From NCBI GenBank assembly GCA_918797485.1, contig CAKKNE010000001.1:2418001-2482000 (forward strand): a stretch of DNA of 64,000 nt, given 5' to 3'. Both the position numbers and the translations under genes were made by a program. Position 1 is the first letter of the stretch, and each line of letters starts with the position of its first letter. The notes beneath the pieces were generated by a model. That model was not told the DNA's origin, did no database searches, and saw nothing but the letters and a program-made list of their open reading frames with translations. The DNA comes from Pelagomonas calceolata. Its lineage: Eukaryota. This document shows positions 57,201-64,000 of the stretch, piece by piece.

Positions 57201-60123
57201 GGCGCCAGGAGCACAGGTCCTCGAGCAGCGGCTCCACTAGATTTTCGACGGTCGACGTCTCGCACAAGTGGTAAACCCGCACCCAGCCCCGTCTCCTCAA
57301 CGCCGCCGGCAGCGCGATGGACAAGGCGTCGTCCCCAAAGCTTTCCTCGCACGCGTGGCACACGACTATCGAATCGAAGTTCGCGATGGCTCTCACGACT
57401 CGCCCGTCGAAGCGGAAGCACAACGTCCGGAGGTCGCGCATGGGCGCGTCCTCCACCGAGGACGCCGCCGCGGCCAGCGCGGCGACCCAGTCCTCTTCTT
57501 GATCAGAAGGAGGTACCTCGGGGTCGTCTTCGTCGTAACCGGCGCCGTCCACATCTAAAATGCGACCGACGAGCAGCGCCGCCCTTGGGGCGTCGGCGCG
57601 CCAGTCCCGCTTCGACGCGCAGCAGCTCAAGACGACGTCGGGCGCCCCGAGCGCCTCTAATCCATCCGTCGATGACCGGACGTCCACGCCCTGCGGGAAG
57701 AACCTCGCATCCTCGTGGCGCTCGAGCGTCATCAGCACTTGGAGTAATCGCGCGTGCTGCAGGTCGTAGGCGCAGACCACCGCGGACTTTGGTGTTGATG
57801 AATGCGCCGCGTACCGTCTTAGTAATTCGAGGACCGTCGCGGCGAGCGCGACGTGGCACCGCGCGCCCCGGAGCGCGCGGAAGGCCGCGCCCACCACAGA
57901 ATCGCCGTTCGCCGCAACATCATAAGCCGCGTCGCTCAACCGCGCGTCGCCGCGCGCGCGCGCGACGGCGTCCGCGACGGCGGCGAGCGTCGTTCCGACC
58001 TTCGACGGGCGCCAGGGGCCCCTCTTTTCATCATTATCATGAATGGGTTGCGGCGTTGGCAGCGCAGCAACGCCGCGATACGGCGTCTCGCCCGTGCACC
58101 TTGATGCTTTGACGAGCGCCGCTCCCTCAATACATCGGCCGAGCGCCTGATGAATGTGGTGCGCCTCGAACGCGTGCGCGTCGTCGAGCACCAGAACGTC
58201 AAAGACGCGCGCGCGCGGCAGCCAGCGCGCGAGGGCCAGCGGCGTCGCTATGACGACGAGCGCCGCGTCCCTCACCAAAGTCGGCCAGCCGTCCAATTGC
58301 GAAAAGGCCTCCGCGAGATTTGGACCGTCGGGCCGCTCGCCGCGCGCCGCGAAGGCGCGGAGCGCCCGCGCCGCGTCTGACGCCGTCGCTTTCTTCGTCG
58401 CGGCCGCCCGCTCCAACGTCGCCTTGAACTGGCGGCGGGCCACCTCGTACGAAGCGACGCGGCCCGCGATGCGCGCCTCGCGCGTCGCTGGGATGATTGC
58501 CGTCTCCACGGCGACGGCGTCGATGGATCCGTCACGGAGCCGCGCGGCCGCGACGGCCTGCGCGACGCGCGCGACGCCGTCGGCGTCCAGCGCCTCGGCC
58601 TCGGGCAGGACTAGTGATGAGGCGCCCAGGTCCGCGAGGGCCGCCTGGAGCGAGGCGCCGGCCCGCGCGGACGGCGCGACGGCGAGGACGCTCCTCTCTA
58701 AGGACGCGTGGGCCGCGGCGCACCGCGCGGCGAGTAATGTCCGGCCCGCGCCGCTTGGCAAAGCGAGCGCCTTACCGACGAGGCCGGCGCGGAGCGCTTT
58801 CGCTTGTCGCGCGTCGAGGCCCGCGGCGCAGGCGTCGACCGTTGACGGAGGCACGGCGCTCGCCGTCGGCTCGCCGGCCTCGCACCGCGCCGCGTCGAGC
58901 CAGCAGCGTTCTTCTGGAGCGGGCTCCTCGATGTCAAAGAGCCGGAGGACCGCGACGGCGCCCTCTTCATTTTCACGCCGCAGCGGATTTAGTAGAGGCG
59001 GGCTCGTCGCCTCCAGCACGTCGCCCGCGCGCTTTATCAACATAAGGGCGGCCGGCGGCGTCTCGTCGTCGTCGTCGTTGTCGTAGGCTAGCGTAAGCAC
59101 CGTGCCGCCCGTCCCAAAGTCGTCGCAGACGGCGACGCCTTTTTGAGCCGCGAGCGCGCCCAGGACCGGCGGCGGGCAGAGCCCGTCCACGAGGCGCAGG
59201 GGGCCGTCCTGAAGCCGCATGAAGGCGTGCTCGGCGGCGGCGCCGACGGCCACCTCGGCGAGCGCTGGACTTCGGCCCTTGAGCAGGCGCCGCACGCCGT
59301 GCGGGCGGTCGCGCGGCACGCGCTTCAAATGATCCGCCGGTGTGAGATTTAAAACAGCGGACTCTAGTTCAATCGGGACGTCGACGCCGGCCTCGAGCGC
59401 CGCCGTCCAGAGGTCCCCTTCACAAGGCCGCCAGGCGTCCGTCGTCTCGATTTCTAACCGTCGGTCCCTCACAACAATCGTCGGGGCCCGGTGCCAGCGG
59501 GCCCGCGCCTCGACGGCGGCGGCGCGCCACGCGCCGGCGCCGTCCTCCTCTACTGATGATGAGACCCACGCGGCAATCAATGAGGCGTCCGGCACTTTGA
59601 GTAAGCACGGGATGCGCGCGACCGCGCCGTTGCTTCTACAAGCGAGCACGACGCGCAGGTCTTCGGCGGGCGCCGCCGCCGTCGCGTGGAACGCCGCGTC
59701 GTAGAAGGCGAGGAGGTCCTCGGTCCGCCCGCGGAAGCCGCGCGCACTCGCGAGGGCCACGCGGGATGGAGGTGATACGGTCGACCCCTCGCAGCGCTCG
59801 AGCCACGCCTCCTCTGGTGGCGTTTCAAGCGCCGCGCCCTCGAGTTGTAATAACGCGCGCCCGTCGTCGCCCAGCGTCGCCGCGATCGCGGCGACGGCGC
59901 GGCCGCTCCAGGGCAGCATCGCGTCGACGGGCGTGACGTCGAAGCGCCTATCACCAACCGTCCAGGCGCCCTCGGCCGCCGGCCCGTCGAGCACATTGAT
60001 CGCCTCGGCGGCGTCGAGCGCGCGGCCGCCCCAGCCGGCGAGCGCGCAGGGGCGGTGGGTGATTGCGACGGCGTCGCCGGCTTCTGTGATCGCGGCTCGC
60101 ACCGTCGCGGCGTCAACTGCCAT
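51253..60123 (-). CDS. giant protein with tandem SF1 (DNA2/UPF1-like, DUF4011-type) helicase modules, PDZ, FN3-like and C2H2 domains
   Basis: Intact module: GPPGTGKS, LIDEASQ, AGDDLQLPP, LEWHYRS, IQGEER, LNVGITRA; degenerate N-terminal module: PSGAGRT, VLVLDDAH; first ATG at 60123. Confidence 0.85.
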   Translation of the reverse strand: MAVDAATVRAAITEAGDAVAITHRPCALAGWGGRALDAAEAINVLDGPAAEGAWTVGDRRFDVTPVDAMLPWSGRAVAAIAATLGDDGRALLQLEGAALETPPEEAWLERCEGSTVSPPSRVALASARGFRGRTEDLLAFYDAAFHATAAAPAEDLRVVLACRSNGAVARIPCLLKVPDASLIAAWVSSSVEEDGAGAWRAAAVEARARWHRAPTIVVRDRRLEIETTDAWRPCEGDLWTAALEAGVDVPIELESAVLNLTPADHLKRVPRDRPHGVRRLLKGRSPALAEVAVGAAAEHAFMRLQDGPLRLVDGLCPPPVLGALAAQKGVAVCDDFGTGGTVLTLAYDNDDDDETPPAALMLIKRAGDVLEATSPPLLNPLRRENEEGAVAVLRLFDIEEPAPEERCWLDAARCEAGEPTASAVPPSTVDACAAGLDARQAKALRAGLVGKALALPSGAGRTLLAARCAAAHASLERSVLAVAPSARAGASLQAALADLGASSLVLPEAEALDADGVARVAQAVAAARLRDGSIDAVAVETAIIPATREARIAGRVASYEVARRQFKATLERAAATKKATASDAARALRAFAARGERPDGPNLAEAFSQLDGWPTLVRDAALVVIATPLALARWLPRARVFDVLVLDDAHAFEAHHIHQALGRCIEGAALVKASRCTGETPYRGVAALPTPQPIHDNDEKRGPWRPSKVGTTLAAVADAVARARGDARLSDAAYDVAANGDSVVGAAFRALRGARCHVALAATVLELLRRYAAHSSTPKSAVVCAYDLQHARLLQVLMTLERHEDARFFPQGVDVRSSTDGLEALGAPDVVLSCCASKRDWRADAPRAALLVGRILDVDGAGYDEDDPEVPPSDQEEDWVAALAAAASSVEDAPMRDLRTLCFRFDGRVVRAIANFDSIVVCHACEESFGDDALSIALPAALRRRGWVRVYHLCETSTVENLVEPLLEDLCSWRHALRFASVKVEADRICCTIEATEPVPSKVLRALTCDASIQVEPWRTGANAVVSLKRTSMAFVGKCRCEHRAVAVTLRDATGKVLITETRDAPVAPPATPVARLVNEEGKVALVIRARGRRAAPWRAPSVDIVAEVSAGETVVKTLTKGCAASVRLALGRVAGPINVRVVARNSAGTSAALELAADVPPPIDDFDDAAPALSDEDALAFDDDSDDDAAPPAPYERFSLTFVKGPLGIKLETSERPRVEAVTNDSEHHSSLKCGDEVVGIGSTSFFESDDDVAKGGDGVFSTDDCYELLADAVEREAFPLTLHFRRRREADADVFVDAAPCDDALPAAAEEDDYFGFGGDDDAGDDDAAETVVVPHLRRVDERSCVVVGRPAAARLRAVDSGAPSADWVVFDAAEGQMLDGESLPWPAQATVVDVRLRDAEDAWSGPFALRRAGTASVLRIEDCWFVDEDEDPLRRIQRGGALCLRLKAQGEGHVRVVGEYKDLTLRADAHVASDDPHISLRPRPDDRRRWYAAVLDDGGDDAPLAFSVQVEVDGGASQIFAARVARKEDVLRPQPEHELVASALPAFLARVAACCTIADVCAASDEHGAELEEAERAAVAAASLVTWTRRPLGAAAAASLLKAAGARDEACAYASSVRDAPPSTPCALFRGSSEEAPALEPLVGAATREEHNREPFFDVLATLRKEQAPHLAAALLRGAGARLAPSSNDEVPWFAASTKVEDRARALWCFEGSERTLYVPTCIEDGITKLDPRGYAFFAPGIERRAAQPWSRLEGHVGVVGKASLVAYDALPPAWEALLRHGVRRLHGPYARVFGGASGEATDATERVAICSSCDATQRRAVRRCVAGGAFVLRGPPGTGKSATLANSCLALAATGRSVLVVGQEVAAARVVAAKVGEILGCRRGVAGPDALMSRRKPHADSLQVRMQRAADEAALPPATFAAEWLDRGFRVSPVNDVDDAYATCLFKPRPKAAPDRRFVCELCGRDTASAAPMAKHLRTHAEPKRRRKGDDVISERRRVVDAWRADESRVDVAHVARAAAVARQAQAADALYDADRALREALKRLEPADAAGERLAALALRCALDDVEVDGGEAFAHECAADDAAARALLAVLDAVADRRLGAAAASSALERCAGPPGARAVARSVLAARGAERRRRAARAAFAARRADASSVPDAPYVRALSDARRAASLALARAAVDAHSLEFNEPLITCATPELVASLNIVDDARYGAVLIDEASQFPTTPLALDLCAAASLTFVAAGDDLQLPPRRHATGLLDDVVDAGRVDLVPLEWHYRSGCPTLIGASNALFYGSRLVAPACAPRDPGLVVIEVDAPMASARGPPAGLVNEGQARRIADDVVALVKKADAAGAPLSVGVVTLNRPQRGLIYRLLLESGAGLEAHPTCKGSLRRTPISGRDVSGDPPLFVESIDRIQGEERGTIFLSTLLAPRAGEATVDLETLDHLEEEEDSDDEQVSRRTPRRRRAPSARHYSTLSHAHGHRLLNVGITRAVETMRCYIHRECPAPGPHDARPGRRAFGWLCRTLLKRPSPCGCASCKALAARLAPTLGTGGDSDDDDDDVSFAAGARAWLRRATPPGGSVAAASGAHRGAVDAALVCGAARSAALLRGASSLDALDTLPRALGAPKLGWGRVARLAPADVLRWLGAGAPEEALRRVAAGAAAFADEAWAPATPSAGASSPVASPEDDGAWLAGALAAAGAAPTAAPTAERTEELTAEPTSARSPLAPVNVAPTPAEKKAPSTPADSTHSGAVASTPCGAVSTPPVGSTPSAMAVASTPHVAPAAATAAPVESPAPPAPLSCRALPRRRAVVVVEQKDVATSDDEAGSLDSFVCEDHDSDSDASDPGVSDDDDDAPPAPVPPPPPRRRAPPIVEAPLSDEDDAAPPVASEPQYAKAEAGEVASEDESAGSLDEFLADSASEGEEAAADDSTASEADEAPAAPPKARRRVIEGDY

Positions 60124-60349
60124 TTTGGTCAGCCCTTGGTCGTTTATGCGCTGGTCTTTTAGCGCGAGCGCGTGCAACGAGCACTAGCGGCAGCGGCTGG
60201 TATATGCTCTGTGCGTGACGGCCGCGCGTCGGGCGCGCAGTGAAGGTGTGTACCGAGTGATGTCTCGTACTGCTCAAGCGGTCAAATCGGCGCGCCAGCG
60301 CCGATATGCGTAGTACTCGGCGTTTTAGCAGCCGCGGTTTGAAGATTAG

Positions 60350-60369
60350 CTAGTGTAGCGACACACTAG
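60350..60369 (-). promoter_or_regulatory. CTAG-box variant (divergent promoter)
   Basis: Minus strand CTAGTGTGTCGCTACACTAG. Confidence 0.5.
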
Positions 60370-60528
60370 GATTACACAGCGCCTATCGGCCCAGGCGCTT
60401 ATAGGCCGCGCGGCGCATTCAGGCACTGCCCAGGCCTTTGTTGTCGAGCCTCGCGCGATTCAGGCACTGCCTAGCGCCCGTTCCGCCGTCGTCATCGCTG
60501 CCATCGATCGTAGGGCAGCCCCATCGTG

Positions 60529-61101
60529 ATGGAGGCCCTCCTCCGCGCCTCGCGGGGCGAGACGCCGGAGGAAACGCCCCGTGCGGTCGTCGTCGACACG
60601 GGCACGGAGGAGATGAAGGCCGGCTTCGCGAGCTTCGACCGGGGCACGGGCTTCATCTCGATCGACGAGGTCAAGGCCTTGTGCTACGCGCTCGGGCTTC
60701 GCGTGAAGCGGAAGGAAGTCCGAGCCATGCTCGCGAAGAAGGGCAAGGGCGACGCCGAGAACATCGATTTCCGCGAGTTCCAGAACTTGTTCCGGGAGCG
60801 CGTCGAACAGCGGACGGTGAAGGACAGCGACGAGGACGTGTTCCGGTTGCTCGACGTCGAGTCGAAGGGCCGCGTGAACGCGGCGAACCTGACGCAGGTC
60901 TGCCAGGAGATGGGCGAGGACCTCGAGGAGGAAGATATTCGAGAGATGGTCGACGAGACCGCGCGCTACCGGGCCGAGAGCTTCCGGCTGGAGGATTATA
61001 GGAGGCTGATCCGCTTGCGCGACAAGGACTTGGCGGAGGATCAATTTATTGAGGAGAAGTTGGCGCGGCGGGAAGCTAGGCGGTCGGGGGAGTTCGGGTA
61101 A
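60529..61101 (+). CDS. centrin/calmodulin-like EF-hand protein
   Basis: FDRGTGFISIDEVKALCYALG, IDFREF, FRLLDVESKGRV, ANLTQVCQEMGEDLEEEDIREMVDE. Confidence 0.82.
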   Translation: MEALLRASRGETPEETPRAVVVDTGTEEMKAGFASFDRGTGFISIDEVKALCYALGLRVKRKEVRAMLAKKGKGDAENIDFREFQNLFRERVEQRTVKDSDEDVFRLLDVESKGRVNAANLTQVCQEMGEDLEEEDIREMVDETARYRAESFRLEDYRRLIRLRDKDLAEDQFIEEKLARREARRSGEFG

Positions 61102-61102
61102 G

Positions 61103-62635
61103 TTACTCTGTAGTACCACCGAGCAGGCGCGCCACGCACGCGAGGCACTGGACCTTGCCCGGGGACCGGAAGACCGTCGCCGTCGCGCCCCCCGCGACGT
61201 CGGGCGCCGCCGAGCCGCCGCAGCCGCAGATCCAGAGCGGCGCCGCCAGGCGCAGCGTCTCCGGCGCGAGGGGCTCGCCGAGCTCGCGGAGGCGCGGGAG
61301 CACGTCGCGCAGCTGCAACCCGGACGCGCGCCGCGCGGCGTCGGCGTCCGCGGCCGTCGGGCCGCCGGCGGGCGCCAGGAGCCGCTGTAAAAAGACGGGC
61401 ACGCCGAGGCGGTGCCGGTCGAAGAGCGCGCGCTCGTCGTCGACGCCGCCCATGCGGTCCACGAGCCTCCCCAAAGCCGTCCTTCCATGCAAGTCCGTCG
61501 CGGCCGCGTCCGCGCCCCGTTCGAGGAGCAGTTCCGCGACCTGGCCCGTCCTCATGAAATCGCATCTAGAATAAGAAAGGCCCTCGGCGCAATTCATCAG
61601 CGGCGTGGCGCCGTCGAAGCGATGATTCGGGTCCGCGCCGCAGTCGTCCACGAGGCAGGCCACCAAACGCGGCGACTTGAGCGCCACGGCGACGTGGAGC
61701 GCACCCGCCGCGTCCGGGTCCGCCCCCTGGTCGTGGACGCGCTGGCAGCACTCCCTACATAAAGACCGCTCGGCGTCCTCGTCCAACAAACTCGGGTCGA
61801 AGGCCCGGAGCGCGTCGCGCAACCCAATATCCTTGGGGGGCACGACGGACCGCCGTGGGACCCGCTCCGCGGCCCGGCGGTCCTCGCGCCGGACGCGCCG
61901 CGCCGCCTGCGTTTGATCTAAACGCGCCGCGTCGTGGAACAACGTCTCCTGGGTCACGACCCAGAGGGCCTCGGGGCTCAGCGCGCTCCGGGAGAAGCCG
62001 ACGGCCGCGCAGGCCGCCGCGTGGTTCTCAGTATCTTCCTCGCCGGACGACTCGTCCTCGAGCGGCGCCACGGCCGTGGAAAGCGCCGGCCGCGCGACGT
62101 GCGTCGCCGCCGCGCAGCCGCACCGCCGCAACGTCTGCGCCAGGGCCTCGGCCGCGTGGTCGCCGTCCACATCTATAGTCTCGACGTGCAGCCACGCGCC
62201 CCGGGCCTCGACGGACGCCGACGCCTCCAAAATGTCGTCCCGCGCCCGGCCGCTCGCGGTCCACAACACCAAGCCCACCTCGTGCAGGTCGTGCGTCGCC
62301 TGGCGGTGCTCGTAGAGGGCCCGGTGCAAGTTCGCGCCTTGGCGAAGCCGCCGCAGATACACGATCGTGCCGGCGATCGTGCCTCTCTCATTTCCGTCCA
62401 CCGTGACCCGCATGCGCAACCGCTGGCAGAGGTCGCCCGTCGGGGGCCGCGGGTGCCGCACGATGTAGCCCACGCGCACCCGGTCCGTGCGAGGCCGCTT
62501 CGGCTCCGGCTCCCCAAAGTCGAGGCGCCGCGGCGTCGGCCGCTCGCGTGGGATTTGCACATCGTCGGAGCTCTGGCGCTCCGCCGTCACGCGCGGCGCA
62601 CCGAAGTGATGGACGCCCGGTTGCAAGGGCTCCAT
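61103..62635 (-). CDS. hypothetical protein with C-terminal ankyrin repeats
   Basis: ALHVAV, GADPN, TPLM, LLLERGAD...GRTAL; ATG at 62635. Confidence 0.7.
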   Translation of the reverse strand: MEPLQPGVHHFGAPRVTAERQSSDDVQIPRERPTPRRLDFGEPEPKRPRTDRVRVGYIVRHPRPPTGDLCQRLRMRVTVDGNERGTIAGTIVYLRRLRQGANLHRALYEHRQATHDLHEVGLVLWTASGRARDDILEASASVEARGAWLHVETIDVDGDHAAEALAQTLRRCGCAAATHVARPALSTAVAPLEDESSGEEDTENHAAACAAVGFSRSALSPEALWVVTQETLFHDAARLDQTQAARRVRREDRRAAERVPRRSVVPPKDIGLRDALRAFDPSLLDEDAERSLCRECCQRVHDQGADPDAAGALHVAVALKSPRLVACLVDDCGADPNHRFDGATPLMNCAEGLSYSRCDFMRTGQVAELLLERGADAAATDLHGRTALGRLVDRMGGVDDERALFDRHRLGVPVFLQRLLAPAGGPTAADADAARRASGLQLRDVLPRLRELGEPLAPETLRLAAPLWICGCGGSAAPDVAGGATATVFRSPGKVQCLACVARLLGGTTE

Positions 62636-62889
62636 TCGTGTTCGGCTGCCCTTGGAGGCTGCACTCTTTGTGCGTCCGCGTCCGTGGCGGTCGGAGACGG
62701 TGGGGCAGGTGCGGCGGCGGCGCTGGATGGGCACTCGCGGACTGCTAATGGTCACGAAAGTGATTGTGGGCTGCTGATCAAAGGGTTTCGGGTCCTAAGC
62801 TGGCAGGATTGCGTGTATTGATGATTAGACTCCTCGGGAAGGCTCCGAAGGCTCGGCGAGGGCTATCATTCCTGTGTTTCACCCCGGAG

Positions 62890-62910
62890 CTAGCGGCCGT
62901 AAGGCACTAG
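62890..62910 (-). promoter_or_regulatory. CTAG-box motif copy
   Basis: Minus strand CTAGTGCCTTACGGCCGCTAG preceded by GCTTG. Confidence 0.65.
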
Positions 62911-63179
62911 CAAGCCTCGGGAGAGCGCAACAAAGTGAAAGTGTCAAGTCTAACTTGAGCCGCAACCGGCTACCCGCCTTAGCCTAATTACGCGTCTTCG
63001 GGCGCCGGCGAAGAAAGCGCTGCGAGCCGCTCCTGCTCCGCCGCGCGTTGCTGGTGAACTGGAGACGCAAATTCCCGGGAGTACTCCACGACGGAGACGT
63101 CCTCTCTTCACGAGTCGCGAAGCCGAACGCGCGTCGCGCCTCCTACTAGCGCCGAGACTGCCACAACAGACTCGCAAAA

Positions 63180-63971
63180 ATGAAGTCCACTGTGCCTTAT
63201 TGGGGCGCCGCGTGTGCAGCCGCTGCGGCGGCGCGTCGCGACCGCTGCGGACAAGATCGTGTCCAAAGGGGGCTGCGCGCCGTGCTCTCGCTGACGAGTA
63301 CAGCACAAAAGTGTCATGGGGCCTGCGAATTTGAGGAGCCCGGTGGCGGCGTCGTCCCACGCGACGCGGGCCGCGACGAAGCGCCCGGCGGATGCGGCCG
63401 CCATCAAAATAGACCGCCAGCTGCTCGATGGCGTGCGCTTGCGCGCGTGCTTGGCTGCTCTGCTCGAGGCGGTGCTAGACGAGGGCGCGTGCCGCGACCG
63501 CGTGCACGATGCGGTCAGTCACTTCACGAAGAGGACATCGAGGGCTTCGAGGGCTTAGATGAAGACGTCAAGCCTCGTGTCCGAGAGCTGATAGAGGAGC
63601 ACAAGGTGGAGCACGAGAGACGTTTTGAAAAAGCTCCGCGCCGATCGAAGAAGAAAGCTCCGTCGAAGAAAGCTCCGTCGAAGAAGAAAGCGCCAGCTCA
63701 ACGCCGATCGAGGAAGAAAGTACGTAAACGCCTCGAGCCTACCGTTAACGAGAGCGAAAAAAGAGCCTTGATGCATAACGTGTGGCAGGGCGCTCGTGGA
63801 ATTGTGACGAAATTCCAGACATTGATTCACGCAGCCCCAACCGCGCGAGGAGGGTCAGTAACACCTGATCCGCGAGAGCAGCGGGCGCAGCGCACCCGTG
63901 CCGTACTATCGCTCAAGCCCGCGACAGGGATGCCCCAGGACGCGTGCGAGCCATCAATTTTTGCTTGCTAG
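63180..63971 (+). pseudogene. degraded or uncertain coding remnant with a KKAPS repeat
   Basis: Only the central part (DIEGFEGLDEDVKPRVRELI...KKAPSKKAPSKKKAP) looks protein-like. Confidence 0.3.
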
Positions 63972-63989
63972 TGTCTTACATGCCGCTAG
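63968..63989 (+). promoter_or_regulatory. CTAG-box motif copy
   Basis: CTAGTGTCTTACATGCCGCTAG preceded by GCTTG. Confidence 0.6.
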
Positions 63990-64000
63990 CCATCTGCCGC

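Noticed and set aside
63180..63620. PARP-type zinc finger
   Set aside because: Only DIEGFEGL...VRELI resembles its C-terminal helix; zinc ligands are not convincingly present
67..63989. CTAG-box copies as a CRISPR array or REP-like system
   Set aside because: Copies are dispersed one per intergenic region, kilobases apart, with no spacer periodicity, no cas genes, and in a eukaryotic genome

Overview
Gene-dense, intron-poor, very GC-rich eukaryotic DNA, not prokaryotic. Evidence: UPF1/UPF2, RNA Pol I/III AC40, TBC Rab-GAP, centrin-like, PRORP, bipartite plastid-targeting peptides and short spliceosomal introns. It is most consistent with a stramenopile picoalga of the Pelagophyceae (Pelagomonas/Aureococcus-like); this assignment is inference. 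About 35 protein genes can be supported, mostly in head-to-head pairs. Most other long ORFs in the track are antisense shadows of GC-rich CDSs. Main unexplained structure: (1) a ~21-bp imperfect palindrome, CTAGTGYCTTACRGCCGCTAG, in 18 clear plus 2 degenerate copies, almost all intergenic and ~70-270 bp upstream of start codons, a candidate genome-wide (bidirectional) promoter element; (2) a ~2950-aa intronless protein with a tandemly duplicated bacterial DUF4011/Hhe-type SF1 helicase plus nuclease-like module fused to eukaryotic PDZ/FN3/C2H2 domains; (3) UPF1 and UPF2 only 4.4 kb apart; (4) a 437-bp TG...CA element with 12-bp TIRs and a TTGA target duplication; (5) a second dispersed ~50-bp repeat family, introner-like fragments and a scrambled pseudogene zone at ~42.4-51.2 kb. 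All family assignments come from motif recognition by eye; no searches were run.
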